From positions 1 to 64,000 of the forward strand of contig CATNEN010000025.1 of NCBI GenBank assembly GCA_950097015.1: a DNA stretch of 64,000 nt. Direction: 5' to 3'. The notes beneath the pieces are model-generated. The model made no database searches. It had not been told where the DNA came from and saw nothing but the letters and a program-made list of their open reading frames with translations. Numbering within the stretch: position 1 is the first letter of the stretch; each line of letters starts with the position of its first letter. Origin of the DNA: Macrostomum hystrix. Taxonomy: Eukaryota > Animalia > Platyhelminthes. The translations under genes were made by a program, and so were the position numbers. Of this stretch, positions 1 to 11,220 are shown piece by piece.

Positions 1-884
1 TGAGATCTTATAGATATAGCATCTCACACCGATGAGATCTCATAGATATAGCATCTCACACCGATGAGATCTCATAGATATAGCATCTCACACCGATGAG
101 ATCTCATAGATATAGCATCTCACACCGATGAGATCCCATAGATATAGCATCTCACACCGATGAGATCTCATAGATATAGCATCTCACACCGATGAGATCT
201 TATAGATATAGCATCTCACACCCATGAGATCTTATAGATATAGCATCTCACACCGATGAGATCCCATCGATATAGCATCTCACACCGATGAGATCTCATA
301 GATATAGCATCTCACCCGATGAGATCTTATAGATATAGCATCTCACACCGATGAGATCTTAGGATATAGCATCTCACACCGATGAGATCTTATAGATATA
401 GCATCTCACACCGATGAGATCTTATAGATATAGCATCTCACACCGATGAGATCTTATAGATATAGCATCTCACACCGATGGGATCCCATAGATATAGCAT
501 CTCACACCGATGAGATCTTATAGATATAGCATCTCACACCGATGAGATCTTATGGATATAGCATCTCACACCAATGAGATCTTATGGATATAGCATCTCA
601 CACCGATGAGATCTTATAGATATAGCATCTCACACCAATGAGATCTTATAGATATAGCATCTCACACCGATGAGATCTCATAGATATAGCATCTCACACC
701 AATGAGATCTTATAGATATAGCATCTCACACCGATGAGATCTTTTAGTTATAGCATCTCACACCAATGAGATCTTATAGATATAGCATCTCACACCGATG
801 AGATCTTTTAGTTATAGCATCTCACACCAATGAGATCTTATAGATATAGCATCTCACACCGATGAGATCCCATAGATATAGCAT
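1..884. repeat. 32-bp minisatellite (GATGAGATCTYATAGATATAGCATCTCACACC), ~27 copies, runs off window start
   Basis: Unit recurs with a 32-nt period (tgagatct at 1, 33, 65...). There are no unique spacers, so it is not CRISPR. Probably intronic to the EF-hand gene. Confidence 0.97.
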
Positions 885-1001
885 TCCAAATCTCGTCAAT
901 CTACAATCTAAATCCATAATCTAAACCAGATAAATAAGGAAGTAATAAGTAAATCCATTTCTGTTTGTCACCTTTTAAATAATTAATAATCTAATTTTCA
1001 G

Positions 1002-1828
1002 GCGGAGGGCCATTCGGTGTTTCACGCCACTCCGCAGCAGCTGCAGGCCTATCGCCGCTTTAGCAGCTACTCGGAGGACGAAGTGAACCAGGTGCTGGCC
1101 AAGTATCGCCAGTTGGACAAAAGTCGCGGGCACGCGGCTGGCGTTTGGTACGAAGATTTGGCTGAGAAATGCCCGGAGATGCAGGTGCGTTTCACCAACG
1201 TGTTTACCAAATTTTATTAATCTACATCACACTGTACGGTCAGATTACTGCAAAACAATAATCTGGCCTTCAGTTTATAACCTATCAAAATATCACTTTC
1301 GAATGACTACTAATGAGACCTTCATTTGTACCCCAACAGTACTACCACCTTCATTTATACCCTGCCGTACCACGACCTTCATTTGTATAGCCCAGCAGTA
1401 CCATGACCTTTATTTGTTCCCCAGCTTTACCATGACCTTCATTTGTTCTCTTGAAACCTTGGCCATCCAGGGTAACCGCCTCATAGTCCTGGCCGCAAAA
1501 GCAGTCGCCGGTCCAACCAACCGACTAGACGTTGATCGTTTTTGTTCGCCTAGTCTGGCTTTTATCTAGCCAGTCTAGCGTTCAAGAGAAGCGAGACCTG
1601 CTCTGGCGCGTCATCGATCCTGATCAGACTGGTCGAGTTCGTCGGGGCGGTTTGTTTCGCTTTCTGTCCGGCACAATGGGAGGCCAGCTGACTGACGATC
1701 AACTGCTGGATCTGACCGAGTCAGCTTTAAGCGTTGCCGACCCGCAGCCGGCTGGACTGGAGCCGGAAATCACCAGAGAATACTTCTTTTCAGCTTTGGC
1801 TAGCGACATGCTGGTCTTTCAAAATTGA
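1002..1828 (+). CDS. Calcineurin-B / CHP / CIB-family EF-hand protein, 5'-partial; exons 1002-1184 and 1471-1828 with a +1 frameshift in the T run at 1539-1543
   Basis: Acceptor ttttcAG at 1000-1001, donor CAG|GTgcgt at 1185 and acceptor ccatccAG at 1469-1470 are all phase 0. The translation ...YSEDEVNQVLAKYRQLDKS...CPEMQ|GNRLIVLAAKAV...LDVDRF(fs)VRLVWLLSSQSSVQEKRDLLWRVIDPDQTGRVRRGGLFRFLSGTMGGQLTDDQLLDLTESALSVAD... aligns by eye with the CNB layout (PEL..NPL...D..EF....S......KL.FAF.IYD.D.DG.I...EL...L....G..L...QL..IVD). No ATG exon was found in the window. Confidence 0.75.
1317..1448. repeat. Degenerate ~29-bp repeat (GACCTTCATTTGTACCCC...TACCAT), 4-5 copies, in the EF-hand gene intron
   Basis: Recurrent accttcatttgt core between donor 1185 and acceptor 1470. 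Confidence 0.7.
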
Positions 1829-2108
1829 CGGTCGATTTGCACTATGGTGCATAGAAGCATCCATTCCATTGTAATTCTTTATCCCAAATGAATAATTTTG
1901 TATTCCATGATTCAAGACTGTGATGGCTTATGAATTTTATTTTGAATTTGCCGTTTTTAATTGTGTGAAGATATTTTTATTCTTAAATATATGCAGCTAC
2001 TATTATGTGCCTGGTAATGAATTAATTTTATAAAGCTATAATGTTTCTTAGTTCATTACTTTTTTTAATGATCTTAGTTTCCTAAAGCTGCTCATTGGAC
2101 TTCTATTC

Positions 2109-2927
2109 TCCCTGTCTTTTAGCTCCATTCCTCTTCCAATGAGTCATTTTCGCTGTCCTTTGGTCCCGTTCCCCTTCCAATGAGTCATTTTCCCCTGTCC
2201 TTCAGTCCCGTTCCCCTTCCAATGACTCATTTTCCCTGTCCTTCAGTCTCATTCCACTTCCAATGAGTCATTTTCCCCTGTCCTTCAGTCCCGTTCCCCT
2301 TCCAATGACTCATTTTCCCTGTCCTTCAGTCTCATTCCACTTCCAATGAGTCATTTTCCCCTGTCCTTCAGTCCCGTTCCCCTTCCAATGACTCATTTTC
2401 GCTGTCCTTCAGTCCCGTTCCCCTTCCAATGAGTCATTTTCCCCTGTCCTTCAGTCTCATTCCACTTCCAATGAGTCATTTTTCCCCTGTCCTTCAGTCT
2501 CATTCCACTTCCAATGAGTCATTTTCCCCTGTCCTTCAGTCTCATTCCCCTTCCAATGAGTCATTTTCCCCTGTCCTTTAGTCCCATTCCACTTCCAATG
2601 AGTCATTTTCCCCTGTCCTTCAGTCCCATTCCACTTCCAATGAGTCATTTTCCCTGTCCTTTAGTTTTATTCCCCTTCCAATGAGTCATTTTTCCCCTGT
2701 CCTTCAGTCTCATTCCACTTCCAATGAGTCAATTTCTCCTGTCCTTCAGTCTCATTCCCCTTCCAATGAGTCATTTTCCCCTGTCCTTCAGTCTCATTCC
2801 CCTTCCAATGAGTCATTTTCCCCTGTCCTTTAGTCCCATTCCACTTCCAATGAGTCATTTTCCCTGTCCTTTAGTTTTATTCCCCTTCCAATGAGTCATT
2901 TTCCCTATCCTTCAGTCCCATTCCCCT
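2109..2927. repeat. 41/42-bp minisatellite (TTCCAATGAGTCATTTTCCCCTGTCCTTCAGTCYCRTTCCMC), ~19 copies
   Basis: Direct inspection. It explains the MTHWKWNGTEGQGK pseudo-ORFs. Confidence 0.95.
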
Positions 2928-3027
2928 TGTTAATTTTCCTTCCGTTAGTATTTTCTCATTGCCAGACCGTATTTCTGTTAGTGTTTAAATCTTACCTTGT
3001 TCATAGTTTCAGCCAGAAGCCAGAGAG

Positions 3028-4009
3028 ATGCAGAATCCTAAACCAGCAGCTGCTCAGGACAGACAGGATGCTCAAGCAATTCAACAGCAGCAACAGATTG
3101 GCACAGTTGCTAAAGTGCTAATCACTTTTAGCTTGCTGTTGATTATCTTGCCTATTGCACTGTACTTTATCACCAAGTCGCTGCTATTTGAAGGTTAGTT
3201 GCTTTTGGTATAAAAAATCTACTACAGGCTTGATAAGTATTGTCGTAAAAGTGTATTTGATAATACAAATGCAAAGGTATTAGGTATCAATTACACCTGC
3301 ACCCAATTGGGCCAGATGTGCAGCCGACAGCACAGCCGCAGCTAATGCTCGGCGCATCTGAAGGCTGTGTACGGCTATTCAGTCCATGGACTGGGGAACG
3401 AAAATCGAACCCCCGATCCTCACTCATGTCGCGTGTCAGACGCTCTAACCCCTGAGTGGCAGTGTGGTTAATGCGGTCGCCTCTCGCACTAAGGTCCCTG
3501 AGATCGATTCGTTTGGGGCGCAGCCGCGGAGTGAGGGCTTGTCGGCTTGTCTTACAATTTTCGCCAACCTCCAAACCAATAATTGAGGGCCAACCTCCAA
3601 GGCACAGGGAGAGTGTACACTGCCTGGCGATAAGAAAGTCAGGACAGATGTACACACCTTTGGGAGTGTGTGCTCAGGAGTCAGCGAAATGGGCAGAATT
3701 GCCTCCTCGATGTCTAGTGTCAACAAATGATTTGCCATTGCCCGCAGCCCTCCTGCAATTATTAACAATATTATTAACTCTTTAGCTACTATCAGTCTAT
3801 CATGCTACTATAAGTAGATATTTAAGAGCTCTGTTCCGCATTCCAATCGCTCAGGTGTGCTATCCATGTCGCCCCGCCAGAGCTACATCTATGCCGCAAT
3901 CGTAGCCGTGGTTGCTGTTCACGTCATCCTAGCCGGCTTCGTCTTCTTCGCCTTCTGGGAGGGCGGCAGCGGCAAGGAGGCGCCGGAGACAGCGGCCAAG
4001 CAGGACTGA
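3028..4009 (+). CDS. VMA21: V-ATPase assembly factor VMA21, 106 aa; exons 3028-3193 and 3855-4009
   Basis: Spliced translation: MQNPKPAAAQDRQDAQAIQQQQQIGTVAKVLITFSLLLIILPIALYFITKSLLFEG|VLSMSPRQSYIYAAIVAVVAVHVILAGFVFFAFWEGGSGKEAPETAAKQD*. It has the VMA21 hallmarks PI.LYF.TKS..FEG, SY.YAAIVAVVAVHV.LA.FV and a C-terminal KQD. Donor G|GTtagt at 3194 and acceptor ctcAG at 3853-3854 are both phase 1. Confidence 0.93.
3290..3456 (-). mobile_element. tRNA-derived SINE-like copy, family B, in VMA21 intron
   Basis: The reverse complement reads CTCAGGGGTTAGAGCGTCTGAC (A-box-like) ... GGGGGTTCGATT (B-box-like). A 44-nt segment (3352-3395) matches 6661-6704 at 38/44. Confidence 0.6.
3454..3778 (+). mobile_element. 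tRNA-derived SINE-like copy, family A, in VMA21 intron
   Basis: Head GTGGCAGTGTGGTTAATGCG...GAGATCGATTCG; body shared with the other copies (GCTCAGGAGTCAGCGAAATGGGCAGAATTGCCTCC ... GCAGCCCTCCTGCAA); AT-rich tail. Confidence 0.75.
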
Positions 4010-4680
4010 GAGCTGATCGCGCGTGGCTTTGTACACAAGTCATTGCACCGTGTAGCGTTTGCATGTACTCTCTTGCAATTCAAATGCCCATTTTCTGTCT
4101 GTAAAACTTAGTCCGCTTCCACTTTTATATTAGTTTATTATTCGTCAATGGCGATTTATATTTCCCATCTCGTCTGCATCCCATTTATTCAGCAATCATA
4201 AATCAAGGAGAAAATATGTTAATTTACTTATAATGTTTGATAGTTTCTGCAGAAAAAATATGATGTTAAATGGTTCATTATTCGTTAGATTGACCTTCTG
4301 ATTTGTCGTTCTCTCTCTATCTCTCTCTGTAAATGCATTAAATTAAATACATGGGTTTACCTTGACCATTGAATTTATTGTCTTTAATTAATCGTTCTTG
4401 TTCTCTTACTCAAGAAGTATCTGCGATCATTTGTGTGAACAATTCTATTGTATTGTTATTATACAGTATATGTGCCGCTCTTTCCTGGTGCGTCATTGCT
4501 TTATACTTTAAGTTGCACAATTTAAACAAATACTTTTTTGTTTCCTTTACTAGTTTATTTGGTAGGTTTGTTTTATTGTACCTCATATGAATTATGTGGC
4601 AGTGAAATTAACCATGCACAATATAACAGTTTCACGTGTAAAATCTATCAGAATTGATTTCAATATTCCTTAGTTAACTA

Positions 4681-6469
4681 CCTTAGTGCGTCCAAAAAGT
4701 TCTTAGACACCCCTAATATCTCTGCATGTGCTCGACCGATATTGATGAAAAAAGACACAATCATTTATAATTTTTAATACTAAATTAATATGTAATAAAG
4801 CGCTAAAGTTTTAAATTAGTCGGGTGGACAGAAAAAAGTTATCGATCATTTACTAAAGAACCAACGAAATTAGCAATACGATTTTTTAAGAGCATCGAAT
4901 CGGGATACTTCAAGTGGGATGTCGCATCTGGTCTTTAGAATGGGTCAGCAAAATATCGGGTGGTTAATTTTAAATCTTTCGCTAGGTATTAATCATTAAT
5001 TGCAAGCTGTGAGGGTTTAGTCATAGATTATAAAGAGCGAACATGAAAAAGCAGTAGGCAGCACGAGTCTGAGTGCGTAGAAACAACGTCAGACGTTTGA
5101 GACAAAGAGTATTGAGATCACTTTGATTTGAGAATGGCTAGCGCATATGGCGATAAAATTTCTCAGCGCCTGATCGTTTATGCCTTTGCTGACGAAGGCA
5201 TGTCCGTGAGCAATATCCACCAGAGATTGCTCAGTCGCTTTGGAGACGATGTCTGCTGTCGAGCAACCATCGCGAACTGGGTCCGGAAGAGAAAGGACGG
5301 CGAAACGAGCGTGCAGGACAAGCCGCGCTCAGGCCGACCAGCTACTGCTGTTAACGACAGCACTGCCATCCTGATCCAAGAGCTGATCAGTGAAATCGGC
5401 CACATCACCATTGATTAGTTGGCCAATGCCGCCGAGATTTCACGTGGCTCGGTCTCCCAAAGTCTGCACGAACATCTTGGTCTGTCTAAGCTGGTCTCTC
5501 GATGGGTGCCGAAACTGCTGACTCAGGAGCAGAAAAATGGCCGTTACGAAGTCTGCTTACAACAAAGAGCGGCAATTTCAGCTCTGGGAGACGAATTCCA
5601 GCGCAGATTCATCACGCAAGATGAGTCCATGTTCGCCCTTTACGACCCACTGTCCCGGCAGGAGTCCAGGGCCCGGCTTCCAAGGGGCGGCGGCGGCGGT
5701 GACATCTAAAGTGCAGGCACCTATCCCAAGAAGACCATGTTAAGTGTTTTTTGGGATGCGAGCGGGCCCCTCATGTTCACATGGTACGGCCAGGGCCAGA
5801 CACAAAACAGCGAGCGGTTTTGTGAAGAGCTTGCGAGGCTGAGGCAGGAGCTGTTGCAATGGCAGCGAATCGTGCGCAAAGGCGTCCTGCTACACTGCGA
5901 CAATGCCCGGCCGCACTCGGCAGCCCTCACTCGCTCTCACATCGCCAGCCTCGGATTCCAGCAGTGGTCGCATCCACCTTACTCACCTGATTTGGCACCA
6001 TCTGACTATGGTCTTTTTGGGCACGTCAAGGCGCAGCTGCGAGGCCAGCGGTTCGCCAGCTTCCCAGAGCTGAAAGCGGCTGCTGAGGGGCTGATTAGAG
6101 CGATTCCTAGGGGCATGTGGTCGGCGTGGATCGAGGAGCTGCCAACGCGGTATGATAAGTGCATTCGACGGAATGGAGACTTTTTTTTGAAGATTTTCAC
6201 GATTGGTAACCTGAAATTTTGAAGTTCCAGAACTTGCCAGCTGAACTGTTTGCTCGTTAACTTAAACTTGTTTTGCGCTAAAATCGTATTGCCAATTTCG
6301 TTGGTTCTCTAGTAAATGATTGACAACTTTTTTTCTGTCCACCCGACTAATTTAAAACTTTAGCGCTTTATTACATATTAATTTATGATTGTGTTTTTTT
6401 TTCATCAAAATCGGTCGAACACATGCACAGATATTAGGGGTGTCTAAGAACTTTTTGGACGCACTAAGG
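4681..6469 (+). mobile_element. Full-length mariner (DD34D) element, 1789 bp, with ~190-208-bp TIRs and TA target duplication
   Basis: TA at 4679-4680 and 6470-6471. The left end CCTTAGTGCGTCCAAAAAGTTCTTAGACACCCCTAATATCT is the reverse complement of the right end. TIR similarity extends over 4681-~4888 and 6279-6469. Confidence 0.93.
5134..6222 (+). pseudogene. Mariner transposase pseudogene (in-frame TAG 5416-5418 and TAA 5707-5709; probable slip in the T8 run at 6181)
   Basis: HTH region (TIANWVRKRKDGETSVQDKPRSGRP), WVPKLL, ITQDES, HCDNARPH and YSPDLAPSD, with 34 residues between the 2nd and 3rd Asp. The three ORF-track pieces are in one frame. Confidence 0.92.
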
Positions 6470-6552
6470 TACGAGGTCTCGTACATAGTAGGTGAATGTA
6501 TTTTTGTGAGGACCATGTAGATTTATTCCGTGTAGCTTGAATTCATAGATTG

Positions 6553-6735
6553 TGTAGCCCAGTGGTTAGCGCTTTAGCTTCTGTCAGTTTGTGTCCTTCA
6601 GCACTCAAGTCGCCACTGCTTCAGTTCAACCAGCAGTGGGTACCAGCATTTTGGCAGTTGCCCAGTCCACGGACTGAACAGCTGTACTCAGCCTTTAGAA
6701 GCGCTGTACAACTATTGTTAATGCGATAGCAGGGT
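6553..6735 (+). mobile_element. Degenerate SINE-like copy, family B
   Basis: Head TGTAGCCCAGTGGTTAGCGC (A-box-like); central GTGTCCTT...TGCTTCAGTTCAACCAGCAGTGGGTACCAG; 44-nt match to 3352-3395. Confidence 0.5.
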
Positions 6736-7913
6736 TACTGTTTGTGCTAAGTATTTCTAAGAAAGCAGCAATAATGTCAACCATGCGTTTGACAAAGATA
6801 TCAGAAGTAATACAAAGGCATGTCTTCAGCAGCGCCTCGCATATTACACCGACCTGACCTGCGCATAGTAACACTCAGACTCAAGACAACAATAAACAGA
6901 TACAGGCTTGCTACTAAAAATTTTAAAGGGATAAAAAGTAAATTCTCCCGGGAACTGAGGAGCGCATTCGACTCGCCCCTCTTTGTCAAGCAATGAGAAT
7001 TTGCCTGTTCGATTCGGCAGCTGCTTTCTTGCGCATCGATCGAGCGCCATGACCCGCCCTTGTTGAAAAGTTCTTTCCCTCTTCGGCCTTCCAAATGGGG
7101 AGAGCCTGTTGGATCCCGGGCTCGCTCTTGTTTTTTTTCTCCAGTCTTTTGACGGAATCGTTCCATTTTTGTAGTTTTGCAGCGGCGTGCACTCGCGTAA
7201 ATTACCCAAAGGCCTCTTAACAACCTCTCCCTCCTCCTTGTCTCCTTTGTCCCCCGCGCTCCCCTGCAGCCTCCTTTGTGCTGACTGACTGCAGCTCTCC
7301 AGCCGCATGCCAGTTCCCACGGGCAATGGGATTCCCGCTTGTAACCGAGCTCGGTGTCTATCTCCGCTTAGTTCGGCTCCTCATCAACTCAGAGCCACTT
7401 CAATCGGCGCCTCCCCCCCTAATGGCCTCACTTTATCTCCTGCATCAGCATCTGCTTGCGCTGCCCGCAATTCGGCATCACCCTGATAGATCTGCGAACT
7501 GCTTAGAACTAAAAAGTGAACCCGCATGTGGCGGCATGTCTCGGCTTAAATTGATACTCAAAGCACGCCTACCTGCATGCCCACCTGTGAATTATTAAAA
7601 TTTTGCCTATTTTCTTCTTTTAAAGTGATTCGTTAAAATTCGTGATTCGAGTGGATATCCTGCGATTTTTAATTTTCTCTCTTCAGTACGTGCGTATCTT
7701 TCTCGTGTGTCTCGTAAATCGACAACTTCTCTAAAAAGGCATAAATAACTGCTTTTAGTAATTCTTGTTATGTAGGATAAGACAGATAAGAGTGATGAGA
7801 TAGATGAAATATATGATACAGTTAGGACAGAAGAATTGGGTGATATGAGACTGGTGACATGACATTTTTGGGACCAAAAAACTATCAGATTTTGCTAACA
7901 GAATCGTGTTCTT

Positions 7914-8602
7914 CTATATGAACTTCATCATGAAATGATCATGATCTAATTATGAAATTCCTGATGAAATGGTCATGATCTAGTTATGAACTTCCTGATG
8001 AAATGGTCATGATCTAGTTATGAAATTCCTGATGAAATGGTCATGATCTAGTTATGAACTTCCTGATGAAATGGTCATGATCTAGTTATGAAATTCCTCC
8101 TGAAATGGTCATGATCTAGTTATGAACTTCCTGATGAAATGGTCATGATCTATTTATGAAATTCCTCCTGAAATGGTCATGATCTAGTTATGAACTTCCT
8201 CATAAAATGGTCATGATCTGGTTATGAACTTCCTCATAAAATGGTCATGACCTAGTTATGAACTTCCTGATGAAATGGTCATGATCTATTTATGAACTTC
8301 CTCATGAAATGGTCATGATCTAGTTATGAACTTCCTGATGAAATGGTCATGATCTATTTATGAACTTCCTGATGAAATGGTCATGATCTGGTTATGAACT
8401 TCCTCATAAAATGGTCATGATCTGGTTATGAACTTCCTCATAAAATGGTCATGACCTAGTTATGAACTTCCTGATGAAATGGTCATGATCTATTTATGAA
8501 CTTCCTCATGAAATGGTCATGACCTAGTTATGAACTTCCTGATGAAATGGTCATGATCTAGTTATGAACTTCCTGGTGAAATGGTCATGATCTAGTTATG
8601 AT
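7914..8602. repeat. 34-bp minisatellite (TGAAATGGTCATGATCTAGTTATGAACTTCCTGA), ~20 copies
   Basis: Direct inspection. Confidence 0.95.
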
Positions 8603-9541
8603 CATTAAATGTGTTACACTCTACTAACAATTGGCATTCTATAAGTAGTACTATGCATTGTGTGCTTCATGGCATGATTCCAAAGATTATCATTGGTTGC
8701 CAGCCAGACAGGCCAATCCTAGAAGTTTTGAGGTTCTATCTAGAAATTGCGCAGAGCCCTTTATAGTGAAGAAGTTCTTATCCCAAAGAAACGCTTAGAA
8801 ACAAAATTTTAGTAGAAAAAACTTTAGTCGCTCTCAATAAGTGATTTTTGAGTTTCTAGTTTGCAACTAGTGCCTCATACCAGCTCGGCATATTTTTAAT
8901 TTGGTGAGTTTAGATTTCTTAATAATGAATTTTGTACATTTTAGTCATACTCGTGTGCTGAGTGCCTGAGTCTTCTCAATATTGTAATTTGTGTTTATAT
9001 TTCACTAGATTTCGGACACACATTTGTTGCCTTTATCACCTGTGTATTATGGTGCCTTAATAAGGCTCATATATATTATATAGTTTACATACACCTGTTG
9101 CTCATATAGATGGCCAATTAGCTCTAGTCTCTGCTCCGGATTCGGACAGAATCTGGGCGGGCTGGATGACTCTCACTGCACCCTCAATGAACCCCGGCCG
9201 CTCTATCATTTTTGCGTGTCCAACTGCTTAATTATCTACCTATGTTTCTGACAGTGCCACATCCTGTTACCGGGGTATATTGCCCTGCTTCCCTCTCACC
9301 CTGTCATATTTGAGGCTGTAAATCCTACTGCTTGTGCTCAGCTGAGGTCATATTATACAGTATTTGCCTGAGCAGACAGTTCTGGTAGGTTGTAGCCTGA
9401 GTTGCTACAGCTTTGTGGCTCCTAGCACGAAGATATGTCCATGGAACATGTCCATGGACTCAATAGCTGTACGCCGAGAAATAGCTGTAGTTTTGGTATT
9501 GACTGTACATCTAGACCAGGTGTCATTGCTAGCTAGTTTTC

Positions 9542-9896
9542 GGGGGTCGGTGGCAGAGCGATTTAACGCATTTGCCTCTCGCCCCAAGGTCAAGGAAGTT
9601 CGATTCCGCGGCGAGGCCACATTAATTTGGGGCGCAGCCGCGGAGAGAAGGCTTGGCGGCTTGTCGTGCAATTTACGCCCTTGAGATCCAACCTACATCG
9701 CTGAGAAAGTCAGGGCAGGTGTTCACACCTGTGGGTGTGTGTGCCTGCGTACAGTATCTGTGTGCGTGTGTGCTCAGGAGTCAGCGAAATGGGCAGAATT
9801 GCCTCCTCGCTGGCTGCGGTTCTAGGGTCACTAAATGATGTCCCATTGCTCGCAGCCCTCCTGCAAATGTAATAATAATAATTATTATTATTATTA
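9542..9896 (+). mobile_element. tRNA-derived SINE-like element, family A, near full length
   Basis: GGGGGTCGGTGGCAGAGCG (A box, 9551-9561), GTTCGATTCC (B box, 9598-9607), shared body, (AAT)n(ATT)n tail at 9871-9895. Confidence 0.8.
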
Positions 9897-10613
9897 GTTA
9901 AGATTTAGTCTGATAGTTCTAGGAGTTCCTACCCTGACTCTTGATCGCTTATTGATAAATAAGAGAAGACAATTTCATGCAAAACCAAACCCCCCCGGAA
10001 GCGCCAATTCGCCTCGTCCTTCTGATAGAAACGTCTAACAAATGCAAGCCCACACAGCGCATCAGAGAGGCCATATACGCGTGCCATTTGTGCAGCCAGC
10101 CACTAATACAAGGGCTGCCTTTAATTAGGTGCCTATATACGATATAGATCGCTTCTCATCCCGCACTAGTGCCTAGCGAATAGTAACTATTGGAAAGCTA
10201 CTTAGAGGAGGAGAGGGGGAGATTGAGATGGATTGGGGATTGATAGAATCGATGTCCTAGTAGATTAGAGTAGTATTGAGCATTCCAATTCTGTAATTCA
10301 CCCAACCGCCATTGATTGATTCCAATGATGTAGCTGCACATTCCAAAGAATCTGCGGCATAAACAAAATTTTCTTTTCTATTTTTTCTTACCGGAGAGAA
10401 GATCATTGAGTTACCGTTTCTTCCTCCAGAGTAAGTAATTAAGAGTAAGAGTAAGTAAGGTGTCCAGCTTAAGGGAACTCGCGTTGTTATTAAAAAGGGG
10501 GATTTGCCTTGCATCTCGTCCTACTAAAACCACTCTTCTGATCTCTTTAAGGTATTTACTAACTAACTAACATTACCCTACCGATCTCTCTAATGTACCA
10601 CGATTTGGCTTCA

Positions 10614-11220
10614 TATCACTCTTATCACTCTGAAGCCACTCTTATCATTCTGAGGTCACTCTTATTATTCTGAGGTCACTCTTATCACTCCAGGTCACTC
10701 TTATCCACTCTGAGGTCACTCTTATCACTCTGAGGTCACTCTTATCATTCTGAGGTCACTCTTATCATTCTGAGGTCACTCTTATCATTCTGAGGTCACT
10801 CTTATTATTCTCAGGTCACTCTTATCATTCTGATGTCACTCTTATCATTCCGAGGTCACTCTTATCATTCTGAGGTCACTCTTATCATTCTGAGGTCACT
10901 CTTATTATTCTCAGGTCACTCTTATCATTTTGAGGTCACACTTATCATTCCGAGGTCACTCTTATCATTCTGAGGTCACACTTATCATTCTGAGGTCACT
11001 CTTATTATTCTGAGGTCACACTTATCATTCCGAGGTCACTCTTATCATTCTGAGGTCACACTTATCATTCTGAGGTCACTCTTATTATTCTGAGGTCATT
11101 CTAATCACTATTGTCACGCAGGAGTCACTAGAGTGTCACTCTGAAGGCACTCGTATCACTCTATCACTCTGAGGTCGCTGGTATCGCTTTGGAGGTCACT
11201 CTAATGTCTCCTGTGTCACT
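10614..11220. repeat. 20-bp minisatellite (TCACTCTTATCATTCTGAGG), ~25 copies, decaying at the 3' end
   Basis: Direct inspection. Confidence 0.93.

Noticed and set aside
3287-3785. ORFs of 107-122 aa inside the VMA21 intron, and similar ORFs at 9364-9838, 28642-29123 and 47637-48168
   Set aside because: They are translations of SINE copies.
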